A DNA stretch of 64,000 nt from contig CAVSCC010000007.1 in NCBI GenBank assembly GCA_963726345.1, positions 210,239-274,238 on the forward strand. Reading direction: 5' to 3'. The notes under the pieces are model-generated. The model had not been told where the DNA came from and ran no database searches. It saw nothing but the letters and a program-made list of their open reading frames with translations. The first letter of the stretch is position 1; each line of letters opens with the position of its first letter. Shown here one piece after another: positions 16,185-25,783 of the stretch. The translations under genes were made by a program, and so were the position numbers. The stretch comes from an uncultured Coriobacteriia bacterium (GTDB taxonomy: Bacteria > Actinomycetota > Coriobacteriia > Anaerosomatales > JAAXUF01).

Positions 16185-16757
16185 GTGGCCGCGGTCAGCT
16201 TCGACGAGGCCCTGTCAGCGGTTCGAGAGCGGCTCGGCGAGCGGGGTGCCGAGCACTGCGCGCGCGTGGCCGAGACCGCGGCGGAGCTGGCGGCGGCCTA
16301 CGGCGTCGACGTCGAGCTCGCTCGGCTCGCCGGGGTGCTGCACGACTGGGACCGCGACCGCCCGAAGAGCGAGCTGGTCGACGCTGCGCGAAGCGAAGGA
16401 CTCGAGCTCACGGCGACTGACGACTCGGTGCCGTATCTGCTGCACGCTCGCACGGGCGCAGCCGGCGTCTCGGCGGCGTTTCCCGGGCTGGCCCCTGAGG
16501 TCGTGCAGGCGGTCGCACGCCATACCGTCGGCGCGCTGGACATGACCCCGCTCGATGAGGTCGTCTACCTCGCCGACATGATCGAGCCTGCGCGCGACTA
16601 TCCCGGCGTGGAGGAGCTGCGCGCGGCGGTCGGAACCGTTCCGCTGTCGGAGCTGTTCGCCTCGGGCTACCAGCACTCGGTGATGCACCTGGTGCAGACG
16701 CCGGCGCCGCATCCACCCTGAGACCGTGGACGTCTGGAACGCGCTCGTGGCGGGTGA
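16185..16757 (+). CDS. yqeK: HD-domain protein YqeK (bis(5'-nucleosyl)-tetraphosphatase family); 3' end uncertain
   Basis: RVAETAAELAAAYGVD...AGVLHDWDRD...ARHT...YLADMIEP. The ORF stops at 16721, but the next frame continues as RRRIHPETVDVWNAL, which suggests a shift near 16700. The true stop could not be fixed. Confidence 0.7.
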
Positions 16758-16762
16758 GCCCG

Positions 16763-17889
16763 ATGAGCGACCAGATCCCGCGGCGCCAGAAGCCGAAGAA
16801 CACGCCGGAGCCCCCGCGGGGCTACCGGTCTTCTCGGCGGGCGTCGAAGGGCGCGAAGTCGGCAAAGCGCGCGATGAAGACACAGCCGGTGCGCGACGCG
16901 GTCGCTGGCTCGGGCCGGACCTTGAAGGCCTTGGGTTCGTACGCGGCGTATGCGCTGGGCGCGCTGCTGGTGGCCGTGCTCGTGTTCACGCTGTTGGCCT
17001 ACGGCATCAACGCGTTCGCCCGCTGGAACGCGCTCCGGGTCGCTGCGAAGAGCGGGAGCCGCGTGGAGCTTGAGAAGCGGTCGAAGGAGAACGTGCTGGT
17101 GATCGGCGTGCAGGACGGCAAGGCGACCGGGTTCCTGGCGCTGCGGGTCGACCGCAAGGGCAACCAGGTCTTCGGCATCGCGATTCCCGACGGCGCGTTC
17201 ATCGAGGTGCCCGGTCAGGGCTTCGAGCGCATCGGCGAGAGCTACGCCGACGGGGCGCAGGTCTCGCTTTCGGCGATCTCGAACTACCTCACGGTGCCGT
17301 TCCACACCTACATCGCGGTGCCGGCCGCGGCCTACTCGGACGCGATGAAGAACCAGTCGCTGAGCAAGATCGTGTCGCAGGCGACGTCGAGCAGTCTGTC
17401 TCCGGCCGAGCTGGAGTCGCTGTCCAAGGACCTCTCTGCCGATCTCGCAGGGCAACACCGCGATCGTGCCGCTGCCGGTCAAGCCGATCAAGCTGGGCAA
17501 CGCAGACGTACTTCGAGCCCCAGCGCGCCGAGGTCGCCGACCTGCTCAAGTCGTGGTGGGGCGTGGACGCGAGCAAGGCCGCAGCGACGACTCGTGTCAT
17601 CCTGTACAACGGCGCGGGCACCCCGGGAGTGGCAGGGGAGGCGGCGCAGCAGCTCATCCGCGGCGGATTCCGCGTGGTCGACACCAAGAACGCCGACAAC
17701 TTCAACTACGCCAAGACCAAGATCGTCGTCCAGCGAGGCGACGTAAAGCAGGGCGACGAGATCGCCCGGATCCTGGGCGTGGGCACCGTGGAGCAACAAC
17801 CGTCCGAGCAGGACGTCGCAGACGTGATCGTGATCATCGGCAAGGACTACAAGCCGCCTGTGGGCGGAGCACAGGGAGGATCCAAGTGA
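16763..17889 (+). CDS. LCP (LytR-CpsA-Psr)-like membrane protein with a LytR_C domain (frame-broken: 2 shifts)
   Basis: Basic N-terminus and one TM helix (LGALLVAVLVFTLLAY), then ENVLVIGVQD...FLALRVDRKGNQVFGIAIPDGAFIEVPGQGFERIGESY. C-terminal TRVILYNGAGTPGVAGEAAQQLIRGGFRVVDTKNADNFNYAKTKIV fits LytR_C. +1 shifts near 17450 and 17505. Confidence 0.6.
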
Positions 17890-18320
17890 ACTCAAGGGAA
17901 CTCGCGGTCATCGCAGCTGAGGCCGCCAGCGACAAGAAGGCCGACGACATCGTCGCGATCAACATCGCGGAGCTGCTCGTGGTCACCGACTACTTCGTGA
18001 TCGCGACCGGCAACACCAACATCCAGGTCCGCGCGATCGCCGACGAGATCGAGGAGCAGCTGCGCGAGCGCGGCGGCGTGAAGCCCATCGGCCGAGAAGG
18101 CGAGACCGAAGCGAAGTGGATCCTGCTGGACTACGGCGACATCGTGGTCCACGTCTTCCAGCCCGAGGAGCGCGGGTTCTACCGGCTCGAGAAGCTGTGG
18201 GGGGACGCGCCGCGCCTTGCCCTGCCAGCGAGCGTCGTCGGTCGCGCGCCGCTCGGCACGGTCGACCCGGCATCGGCTGAGAAGCGTGCCGAGGAGTCTG
18301 CCGAAGACGAGCAGGCGTGA
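17886..18320 (+). CDS. rsfS: Ribosome silencing factor RsfS (iojap)
   Basis: Intact. DKKADDIVAINIAELLVVTDYFVIATGNTNIQVRAIADEIEE...WILLDYGDIVVHVFQPEERGFYRLEKLWGDA. Confidence 0.9.
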   Translation: MNSRELAVIAAEAASDKKADDIVAINIAELLVVTDYFVIATGNTNIQVRAIADEIEEQLRERGGVKPIGREGETEAKWILLDYGDIVVHVFQPEERGFYRLEKLWGDAPRLALPASVVGRAPLGTVDPASAEKRAEESAEDEQA

Positions 18321-19313
18321 GGGAGCGGTACCTGGGCCGCTACGGCGTCCAGGCCGCGCTGGTCGGTCTCGCGGCCATCTGGGGCGGCACGTTCGTCGTC
18401 GTGGCCGACGCCATCAAGCTCTACCCGATGTACGGCTTCCTCGCGTGGCGCTTCGGCGTCGCCGCCGTCGCCTTCGTGGTGTTCTACCCGCGCGTGTTCA
18501 AGAAGCTCGACCGGCCGAACCTGCTCTGGGGGCTGCTGGCGGGCGTGTTCTCTCGGCGGGCTACATCTTCCAGACCTGGGGACTCGACGGCGCGACCGCC
18601 ACGACGCCGGCGCGCGCTGCGTTCATCACCGGTCTCTACGTGATCCTCACGCCGCTGTTCCAGGCGGTGCTGCTGCGCAAGATGCCGAGGAAGTCGACGC
18701 TGCTGGGCGCCGCGATCGCGCTCGGCGGCCTGTGGCTGCTCTCCGGCATCGGGGCGGCGAGCGGGGGGTGGGTGCTCGGCGACACGCTCGTGGTGATCTG
18801 CGCGGTGGCGTACTCGGTGCACATGATCGTGCTGGGTTCGACGCGCGAGGTCCACGACGTCATGGCGCTCACCTTCGTGCAGCTCGCGACGGTCACGGTG
18901 GTGTGCACGGTCATCTCGGCGGTCAAGGAGCAGCCGGGCCTGCCGACCGATCCCGCGGTCATCTGGGCGATCGTGATCACGGGCGTGCTCGCCTCGGCGC
19001 TGGCGTTCGTCATCCAGACGTGGGCGCAGAGCAAGCTCCCGCCCGCGCGCGTCGCGCTGATCCTGGTGATGGAGCCGGCGTTCGGCGGGCTCATCGGCTG
19101 GGCGGTTGCGGGGCTCTGGCCGATCCGAGAGGTGCTCGGAGCTGCGGCGATGCTCGTCGGGCATGATCGTCTCGGAGGTGGTCGCTGCCATGGCTCCGGC
19201 CGTCGGAGGGCATCGCCTTCGGACCGGCCGTCGAGGGCATGCCGGCGCCCGTTGCCGAGGCGCGTTCGTCGAGCCGGATGCCTGCTGCCGAGGAGGGCTC
19301 AGACGGGGGTTGA
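18317..19313 (+). CDS. EamA/DMT-family transporter (frame-broken: about 3 shifts)
   Basis: About ten predicted TM helices across ORFs 18317-, 18217- and 19106-. Contains [12 protein letters not shown] and [28 protein letters not shown]. Shifts near 18550 (-1), 19160 (+1) and 19190 (+1). The stop TGA 19311-19313 is inferred. Confidence 0.75.
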
Positions 19314-19369
19314 CCCCCCTTGAGCCGCTGATATACTAGCCCCTGCGCCGAATCAGGGTGCCCAGACGT

Positions 19370-19445
19370 GGGGCCATAGCTCAGCTGGGAGAGCGCTTGG
19401 CTGGCAGCCAAGAGGTCAGGGGTTCGATCCCCCTTGGCTCCACCA
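19370..19445 (+). tRNA. tRNA-Ala (anticodon GGC)
   Basis: 76-nt cloverleaf GGGGCCA...TGGCTCCACCA with a G3:U70 pair, anticodon loop CTGGCAG, T-loop GGTTCGATCC and an encoded CCA. TATACT lies at 19332-19337 upstream. Confidence 0.95.
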
Positions 19446-19549
19446 ATAGAATCAAACGGTCAGGTCGTCCAAACGGGCGGCCTGACCTGCTGTTATGGCA
19501 CAGGTCGCGCTCCACAGAAGGTTCATAGGCGAGATCTGGACGAAGGAGG

Positions 19550-19578
19550 GCCCCCGCCACAATGGATCTGGCGGGGGC
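19550..19578. terminator. GC-rich hairpin between tRNA-Ala and the convergent secreted-protein gene
   Basis: Perfect 10-bp stem GCCCCCGCCA / TGGCGGGGGC with a 9-nt loop. It lies 42 nt past the minus-strand stop (19620) and 105 nt past the tRNA. There is no clear U-tract. Confidence 0.45.
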
Positions 19579-19619
19579 CTTCCACTACGTGCTGCAAGGT
19601 GCTGGAGACGACTCGGGTT

Positions 19620-20644
19620 CTACGGTGCCACGTGGAATGCGACTCCGTCGAGCTGGTAGATGGCTCGGGTACTTGGCGATGACATTGGCCTTCTCGGCCT
19701 CAGACGCGGTGTAGAAGTGACTGCCGTTCTTCTTGTTGAAGAAGCGGTAGACGGGCACGGTGCCGGGCGCTGGTGCGGCAGAGACCTTGTACGCGACGCC
19801 GTCGAGCGAGTAGATCTTGGGGTACTTGGCGATCACATTGTTCTTCTCGGCCTCAGACGCGGTGTAGAAGTGGGTGCCGTTCTTCTTGTTGAAGAAGCGG
19901 TAGAGCGTCGTGGTTGAACGCTGAGCTGACTCGATAGGCCTGGCCGTCAAGCGAGTAGATGGTCGGGTACTTGGCGATGACATTGGCCTTCTCGGCCTCG
20001 GACGCGGTGTAGAAGTGAGAGCCGTTCTTCTTGTTGAAGAAGCGGTAGACGGGCGAGTAGGTTGTCGGGGTCTGGTAGACGTAGAAGACCGCGTCACCAG
20101 CTCGCGGAAATCCAGTGGTCGGTGAACCAGGCCACAGCGTTGCCGTCATGGGTCGGGCTGTCATCGTCGAAGTAGCAGGAGAGGGGATTCGGCCAGAGTA
20201 CCCTCGTACTTGATGACGATCACGTACTTGGTCCCCGGCGGTGAGCGTGAGCGTGTTGTCGAAGGGGAAGGTGACCAGCTGCCGCACCGAATCGCTGAGT
20301 GTTGTCACATCCACCGGCGAAGATGTGGCAAGGGGCGCCCCCGACGGCAAGCCGTCGACGCCGAATGTTCCCGAGTGTGCGTAGAGCAAGGCGTAGGCAT
20401 TCCCCACTGACCCCGCCTCCCTGCGGAGATAGAACACCGCGGAGTCGAGAGCGCCGGCAGTCGCCGTGAACGACTGCCCAACCTGCGAGTAGTTGGGGCC
20501 GTAGACGGGCCAGGACGCGGTGAAGTTGCCCTCCGGGTAGCTGTCCGCCAGTACTGTGGCGGCGTGCGCAGGCACCGCCCCCAGCAAGAAGGCTAGGAAC
20601 ACACCGAGCAGTACGACGCGAGTGAGTCTGCGGCAGGCATTCAT
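19620..20644 (-). CDS. Secreted protein: N-terminal beta-rich domain plus three tandem YRFFNKKNGxHFYTASEAEK repeats (frame-broken: about 5 shifts)
   Basis: ATG at 20644 with a GGAGGGAG RBS. Signal peptide MNACRRLTRVVLLGVFLAFLLGAVPAHA. ORFs 19853-20884(-) and 19585-20097(-) join across a shift near 19930. Removing one base near 19660 gives the end IAKYPSIYQLDGVAFHVAP*. Confidence 0.7.
19669..20050 (-). repeat. Three tandem coding repeats (84-nt conserved cores spaced 153 and 145 nt apart)
   Basis: The cores at 19669-19752, 19822-19905 and 19967-20050 are near-identical: GTACTTGGCGATSACATTG..TTCTCGGCCTCRGACGCGGTGTAGAAGTG...GCCGTTCTTCTTGTTGAAGAAGCGGTAGA. Confidence 0.85.
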
Positions 20645-20935
20645 AGGATCTCCCTCCAGAGTCTGTGCGCCCCCCTGCGCAGCGCACTTTTCGACGACAA
20701 TATACCCCCGTGCGGGAGGCGGAGACGCTAGGGGAGCTACTCCCGGCACGGAGGGCTCTGGGCGCGTCACGGGGGAGTTGAGGCACTGGAGTCCCTCTTG
20801 GGGGTCTGACAGAGAAGGGAGGGTGCTCCGGGAGGGCTGCGCGAGTCGCGAACATGGTATCCGGTGAGAAGCGCATGGATTCACGCGCGGGGGGAATACT
20901 CTTCAGTGGAGCGTCAGGAGGAGGTGGCTCGATCC

Positions 20936-21025
20936 ATGATGCGCATTGGAATCATCGGGATAGTCATCCTGGCAATCGTCCTGGGAATCGCGTGGGCGAT
21001 CAAGAACGACGACACTGAGCTCTGA
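20936..21025 (+). CDS. Candidate 29-aa hydrophobic peptide (below the ORF-track cutoff)
   Basis: AGGAGGAGGTGG RBS about 8 nt upstream of ATGATG. The product is MMRIGIIGIVILAIVLGIAWAIKNDDTEL: one TM helix plus an acidic tail. Codon usage is AT-shifted relative to its neighbours. Confidence 0.4.
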   Translation: MMRIGIIGIVILAIVLGIAWAIKNDDTEL

Positions 21026-21067
21026 GTGTGCAGCGCCGCGGCCAACCGGCTCCTGCCCCGTGTGCCG

Positions 21068-21334
21068 CTAGCCTTCGGGGGCAGACAGGTAGTCCTCGAT
21101 CTGGCCGAGCGTGACGCCTTCGGGGAACACGTTGTCGCCCGTGGCCTGCTCTACGAGCGTGAAGAGGGCGGTCTCTTCGTCTTGGCTGCTCCATTCGGCG
21201 GTGAGGTAGCCCTCGAGTTCGGCGTCAGGATCACCCATCGGCGACTGCACGAGGATGAACCCCCGCTGCAGGGCCAGCAGCCTGATCTCGTGAAGGTACG
21301 ACCACCGCACGTGGTCCATCCAGTCGTTGCTCAC
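21068..21334 (-). CDS. Hypothetical acidic 88-aa protein
   Basis: GTG at 21334 lies 6 nt after a GGAGG RBS. The product is VSNDWMDHVRWSYLHEIRLLALQRGFILVQSPMGDPDAELEGYLTAEWSSQDEETALFTLVEQATGDNVFPEGVTLGQIEDYLSAPEG. No family recognised. Confidence 0.5.
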   Translation of the reverse strand: MSNDWMDHVRWSYLHEIRLLALQRGFILVQSPMGDPDAELEGYLTAEWSSQDEETALFTLVEQATGDNVFPEGVTLGQIEDYLSAPEG

Positions 21335-21456
21335 GCGAGTCCTCCGAGTCACCGCGGGTCGATCCACAGTGGGTAACCCTGTGCTGGCTTATCATCTTGT
21401 GCCCTGGCGGGGCGGAGTGACAACCATTCTCCGCCTAATTGTGATAGAGAGAGAGC

Positions 21457-22265
21457 ATGCAAAGCATCCACCCACTCATGCTCGCATTTCTGGCAGGTCT
21501 CTTCACGTGGGCCATGACCGCCCTCGGTGCAGCCGCCATCTTCCTCCGCCGCAACCCATCACAGCGACTGATGGACATCCTGCTGGGGTTCTCGGCGGGC
21601 GTGATGCTCGCCGCGAGCTACTGGTCGCTGCTGGCGCCGGCGGTCGAGATCGCGCGCGAGACCTCGTCGGTACCGTGGCTCGCGCCGTCGCTGGGTTTCG
21701 CGGCGGGCGGTATCGGCCTGTGGGCGCTCGACAAGGTGATGCCGCACGCGCACCTGATGCTGCCCGGCAGCGCCGCGCGAGCCCGAAGGCGTGCGGACCT
21801 CGTGGGGCCGCAGCACGCTGCTGGTTCTCGCCGATCACGCTCCACCACATCCCCGAGGGGATCGCGCTCGGCGTGGCTGCAGGGTGCAGCCGCGTCGGGC
21901 GCTCCGGGGACGTCGGTGGGTGCGGCGGTCGCGCTGGCGATCGGTCTCGGCGTACAGAACTTCCCCGAGGGTCTCGCGGTCAGTGCGCTGCTTCGCCGAG
22001 AAGGCCAGACTCGCGGGCGCGCGACCTACCTCGGCGCTATGACCGGTTCGGTGGAGCCGATCGCCGCGGTCCTGGGAGCGGCACTCATCGGCCTTTCGAT
22101 GGTGTTGCTGCCGTGGGGGCTCGCGTTCGCGGCCGGCGCGATGGTGTTCATCGTGATCGAGGAACTGGTGCCGGAATGCCAGCAGTGCGGCAACGGCGAT
22201 GCGGCCGTTCTGGCCGCCATCTCGGCTTCACGCTGATGACCATTCTCGACATCGCCCTGGGCTAG
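21457..22265 (+). CDS. zupT: ZIP-family divalent metal transporter, ZupT-like (frame-broken: about 4 shifts)
   Basis: [52 protein letters not shown] (in the frame of ORF 21327-), [32 protein letters not shown], and the tail [13 protein letters not shown]. Shifts near 21775, 21830 and 21885 (+1) and near 22228 (-1). Confidence 0.85.
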
Positions 22266-22354
22266 ATGCCACGCCGTTCGTGTGGTGTTGCGGCGCGTCG
22301 GATAGAATCTCCTTCGAGCGCATTCCACGTGTCAGCCATCTGAAAGGCCTCCCC

Positions 22355-24890
22355 GTGAGCGAGTTCGTCTACGATCCGCATCGCATCGAAGAGCAGTGGC
22401 AGGCCGAGTGGGTGGCCGAGGGCCTCTACCACGCCCGTGAGGACACCGGGAAGCCCAAGAAGTACGTGCTCGAGATGTTCCCGTACCCCTCCGGTGACAT
22501 CCACATGGGACACGTCCGCAACTACACGATCGGCGACGTGATCGCTCGGCAGGCGTCGATGGCCGGCTTCGAGGTGCTGCACCCGATCGGCTGGGACGCG
22601 TTCGGCCTGCCTGCCGAGAACGCCGCTATCAAGAGCGACAGCCATCCGGCCACCTGGACCTACGCCAACATCGAGAAGCAGGCGGCGTCGTTCAAGCGCA
22701 TGGGCTTCTCCTACGACTGGGACCGCACGGTCAAGAGCTGCGACGTCGACTACTACCGCTGGGGCCAGTGGATCTTCCTCAAGATGTGGGAGCGTGGCCT
22801 GGTCGAGCGCAAGAGCTCGCCGGTCAACTGGTGCCCGAGCTGCGCGACGGTGCTCGCCAACGAGCAAGTCGTCGGCGACAGCCAGTGCTGGCGCTGCAAG
22901 AGCGTGGTCGAGAAGCGCGAACTCGAGCAGTGGTACTTCAAGATCACCGACTACGCGCAGCGGCTCCTCGACGACCTCGACGAGCTGCCGGGCTGGCCCG
23001 AGCGCGTCAAGAGCATGCAGGCCAACTGGATCGGCCGCAGCGAGGGCGCTGAGGTCGAGTTCGCGCTCTGCGACACTGCCGACAAGCCCACCGACGAGCG
23101 AATCACCGTCTTCACGACGCGCCCGGACACGCTGTTCGGATGCACCTTCTTCCTCCTCGCGCCCGAGCACCCGCTTGTCGCGCGCCTGGTCGAGGGCACC
23201 GAGTTCGCCGAAGCGGTCAACGACGTCGTCGCCAGCGCCGCGCGCGAGACCGCCGTCGAGCGCCAGATCGGGGAGCGCACCAAGCACGGCGCGTTCACCG
23301 GCCGCTACGTCGAGAACCCGGTCGACGGCACGCTGGTCCCCGTATGGGTCGCCGACTACGTGCTGATGGACTACGGCACCGGCGCCGTCATGGCGGTTCC
23401 GTGCGGCGACCAGCGCGACTTCGAGTTCGCGCGCCAGTACGGCCTGCCGATCATCCCCGTCGTCGTTCCCGCCGATCAGGTCGACGCGGTCTCCTCGGCG
23501 GTTCTGGGCGAGGTGCCGCAGGAGGTCGACTGGGCCGAGGCCTACGGCGGTCCGGGAGTGATGGTCAACTCGGGCGCGTTCGACGGCATGGCTGGCGGCA
23601 AGGACTCCGAGGGCATGCACGCGGTCGCTGCGTGGCTTGCCGAGCGCGGCGTCGGCCGCGAGACGATCAACTTCCGGCTGCGCGACTGGCTCATCAGCCG
23701 CCAGCGCTACTGGGGCAACCCGATTCCGGCGGTCCACTGCCCGGCGTGCGGACTCGTGCCGGTGCCCATCGAGGACCTGCCGGTCGTGCTGCCGATGGAC
23801 ATCGACATCACCAAGGGTGAGACGCTCGCCGACCACCCCGAGTTCTACGAGACCACCTGTCCCACGTGCGGCGGCGCGGCCAAGCGCGAGACCGACACGA
23901 TGGACACGTTCACGTGCTCATCGTGGTACTTCCTGCGCTACACCGACGCGCGCAACGCCGAGATGCCCTTCTCGGCGGACAACGCGAACTACTGGATGCC
24001 GGTCGACCAGTACATCGGCGGCATAGAGCACGCGATCCTGCACCTGCTGTACTCGCGGTTCTTCACCAAGGTGCTGCAAGACATGGGCATGGTCGACTTC
24101 CCCGAGCCGTTCACCAACCTACTCACGCAGGGGATGGTCAAGCTCGACGGGGCCACGATGAGCAAGAGCAAGGGCAACGTTGTCGCGCCCGAGGACATGA
24201 TCGCCAAGTACGGCTGCGACACGCTGCGCGCCTACATCCTGTTCATGGCGCCCCCCGACAAGGACCTCGAGTGGTCGTTCGAGGGCCTCGACGGCATGTT
24301 CCGCTTCCTCGCGCGCGTCTCGCGATTCGTCGCCGACGCCGCCGAAGAGGCTGCGGCCGGCAACGGTGTCGCAGCTTCGGGCGACCCGGCGAGCAAGAAG
24401 CTCCATCGCGAGATGCATCGTGTGATCGGCAAGGTGACCGACGACGTCGCGCGCTTCCAGTTCAACACCGCGATCTCCGGCCTCATGGAGCTCACCAACG
24501 CCGCCTACGACTACCGCCGTGAAGTCGCCGAAGGCCAGCGCGACATCGCGCTGATGCGTGAAGTCGCCGAGACCCTCGTGCTGCTGGCGGCGCCGTTCGC
24601 GCCGCATCTGGCCGAAGAGCTGTGGCGCGTCGTGCTCGGCGGGGACTCGTCGGTGCACCTGCAGTCCTGGCCGGCGTTCGACGCCTCGGCCGTGGTCGCC
24701 GACGAGGTCGAACTCGCGGTGCAGGTCAACGGCAAGGTGCGCGGCAAGATCATGGTTGCCGCCGACCTGTCGCAGGAGGACATCATCGCCGATAGCACTC
24801 TCGTCGGTGGCGGACTGGGTCGAGGGCAAGGAAGTGAAGAAGGTCGTCGTCGTCGCCGGCAAGCTCGTGAGCGTGGTTGTCGCGGGCTAA
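22355..24890 (+). CDS. leuS: Leucyl-tRNA synthetase (1 shift near the 3' end)
   Basis: GTG 22355. [21 protein letters not shown] (HIGH motif), the editing domain, and [10 protein letters not shown] (KMSKS motif). Reading is continuous to about 24790. One +1 shift then gives ...[31 protein letters not shown] (ORF 24558-24890). Confidence 0.95.
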
Positions 24891-25012
24891 GTCGGCGGTA
24901 AGAAACCCGCAAGCAGCGCGTGTGATGCTGTCACCCGTGGGAGGTCGGTTGTCGACCTCGCTCGGACAGTCCGACATCACGACGACGCCCCCTTCGCCGT
25001 CTCGTCAGACAG

Positions 25013-25783
25013 GTGAAGGGGGCGTCGCTTGTGTGGGAGCGAGTCGAGTCGCGGCTGAACGATCTCACACGTCGCGCCGGCCTGACCGGAGTCCCACCGG
25101 CAGCGGTTGCGGCGGTGGCGGTCGTGCTTGGAATCGCCGTTCTGGCTGCGGTGTGGCGGTGGTGGCCGCGAGACGTCGCCGCCCTCCAGTCGCCGGGTAT
25201 CGCGCGGGCCGACACCTCTCCGAGCGATGCCAAGGCGTCAGCAGACGCCAGCCGGGCAGTGACCGGCATGGCGGGCGCGGCGGGGTCCACCCCCGTGATC
25301 GTGCACGTGGTGGGCGCCGTGCTGCATCCAGGGGTGTACGAACTCCCGGCGGCCGCCCGCGTTCGAGACATCATCAACGCGGCCGGAGGCCTTGCGGGAA
25401 ACGCCGCGGAGGCATCGATCAACATGGCACGGCCGTTGGCCGACGGCGAGCAGATCGTCGTACCCACTCAGGACGAGTACGCGAAGGCCATTGCTGGCGC
25501 AGGCGCACAGAACGGCAGCGGAGCGGGCAAGAGCGTGGTCAGCCCCGGCGGCGCGTCGGCCGAGAACCCCGGCGCGCCGTCCGCGGGAGCGGTGGTCAAC
25601 ATCAACACCGCGGATGCGGCGGCGCTCGACGCGCTACCCGGTGTGGGGCCATCGACCGCGGCCAAGATCGTCGCGGATCGAGAGGCCAACGGTCCCTTCA
25701 CGTCCGCGGATGATCTGGGCCGCGTCTCGGGGATCGGACCGAAGAAGCTCGAAGCGCTCAAAGACTTCATCCGTGTCCAGTGA
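25013..25783 (+). CDS. comEA: Competence protein ComEA (SLBB plus helix-hairpin-helix DNA-binding domains)
   Basis: TM anchor, then VHVVGAVLHPGVYELPAAARVRDIINAAGG (SLBB) and VNINTADAAALDALPGVGPSTAAKIVADREANGPFTSADDLGRVSGIGPKKLEAL (HhH). Intact ORF. Confidence 0.85.
   Translation: MKGASLVWERVESRLNDLTRRAGLTGVPPAAVAAVAVVLGIAVLAAVWRWWPRDVAALQSPGIARADTSPSDAKASADASRAVTGMAGAAGSTPVIVHVVGAVLHPGVYELPAAARVRDIINAAGGLAGNAAEASINMARPLADGEQIVVPTQDEYAKAIAGAGAQNGSGAGKSVVSPGGASAENPGAPSAGAVVNINTADAAALDALPGVGPSTAAKIVADREANGPFTSADDLGRVSGIGPKKLEALKDFIRVQ

Noticed and set aside
21411-21435. A perfect 7-bp hairpin, GGCGGAG-N11-CTCCGCC, in the zupT upstream region, considered as a Zur/metal-regulator operator or a riboswitch.
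   Set aside because: It is not an AT-rich palindrome like known Zur boxes and is too small for a riboswitch. It may simply be 5' UTR structure or part of the divergent promoter region.
19446-21456. A mobile-element or integrative island at tRNA-Ala, and similarly at tRNA-Val (61109 onward).
   Set aside because: No integrase, transposase or recombinase-like ORF is present. I could not find a direct repeat of the tRNA 3' end downstream. Only the compositional impression and the accessory-type genes remain, and these are reported as findings, not as a mobile element.
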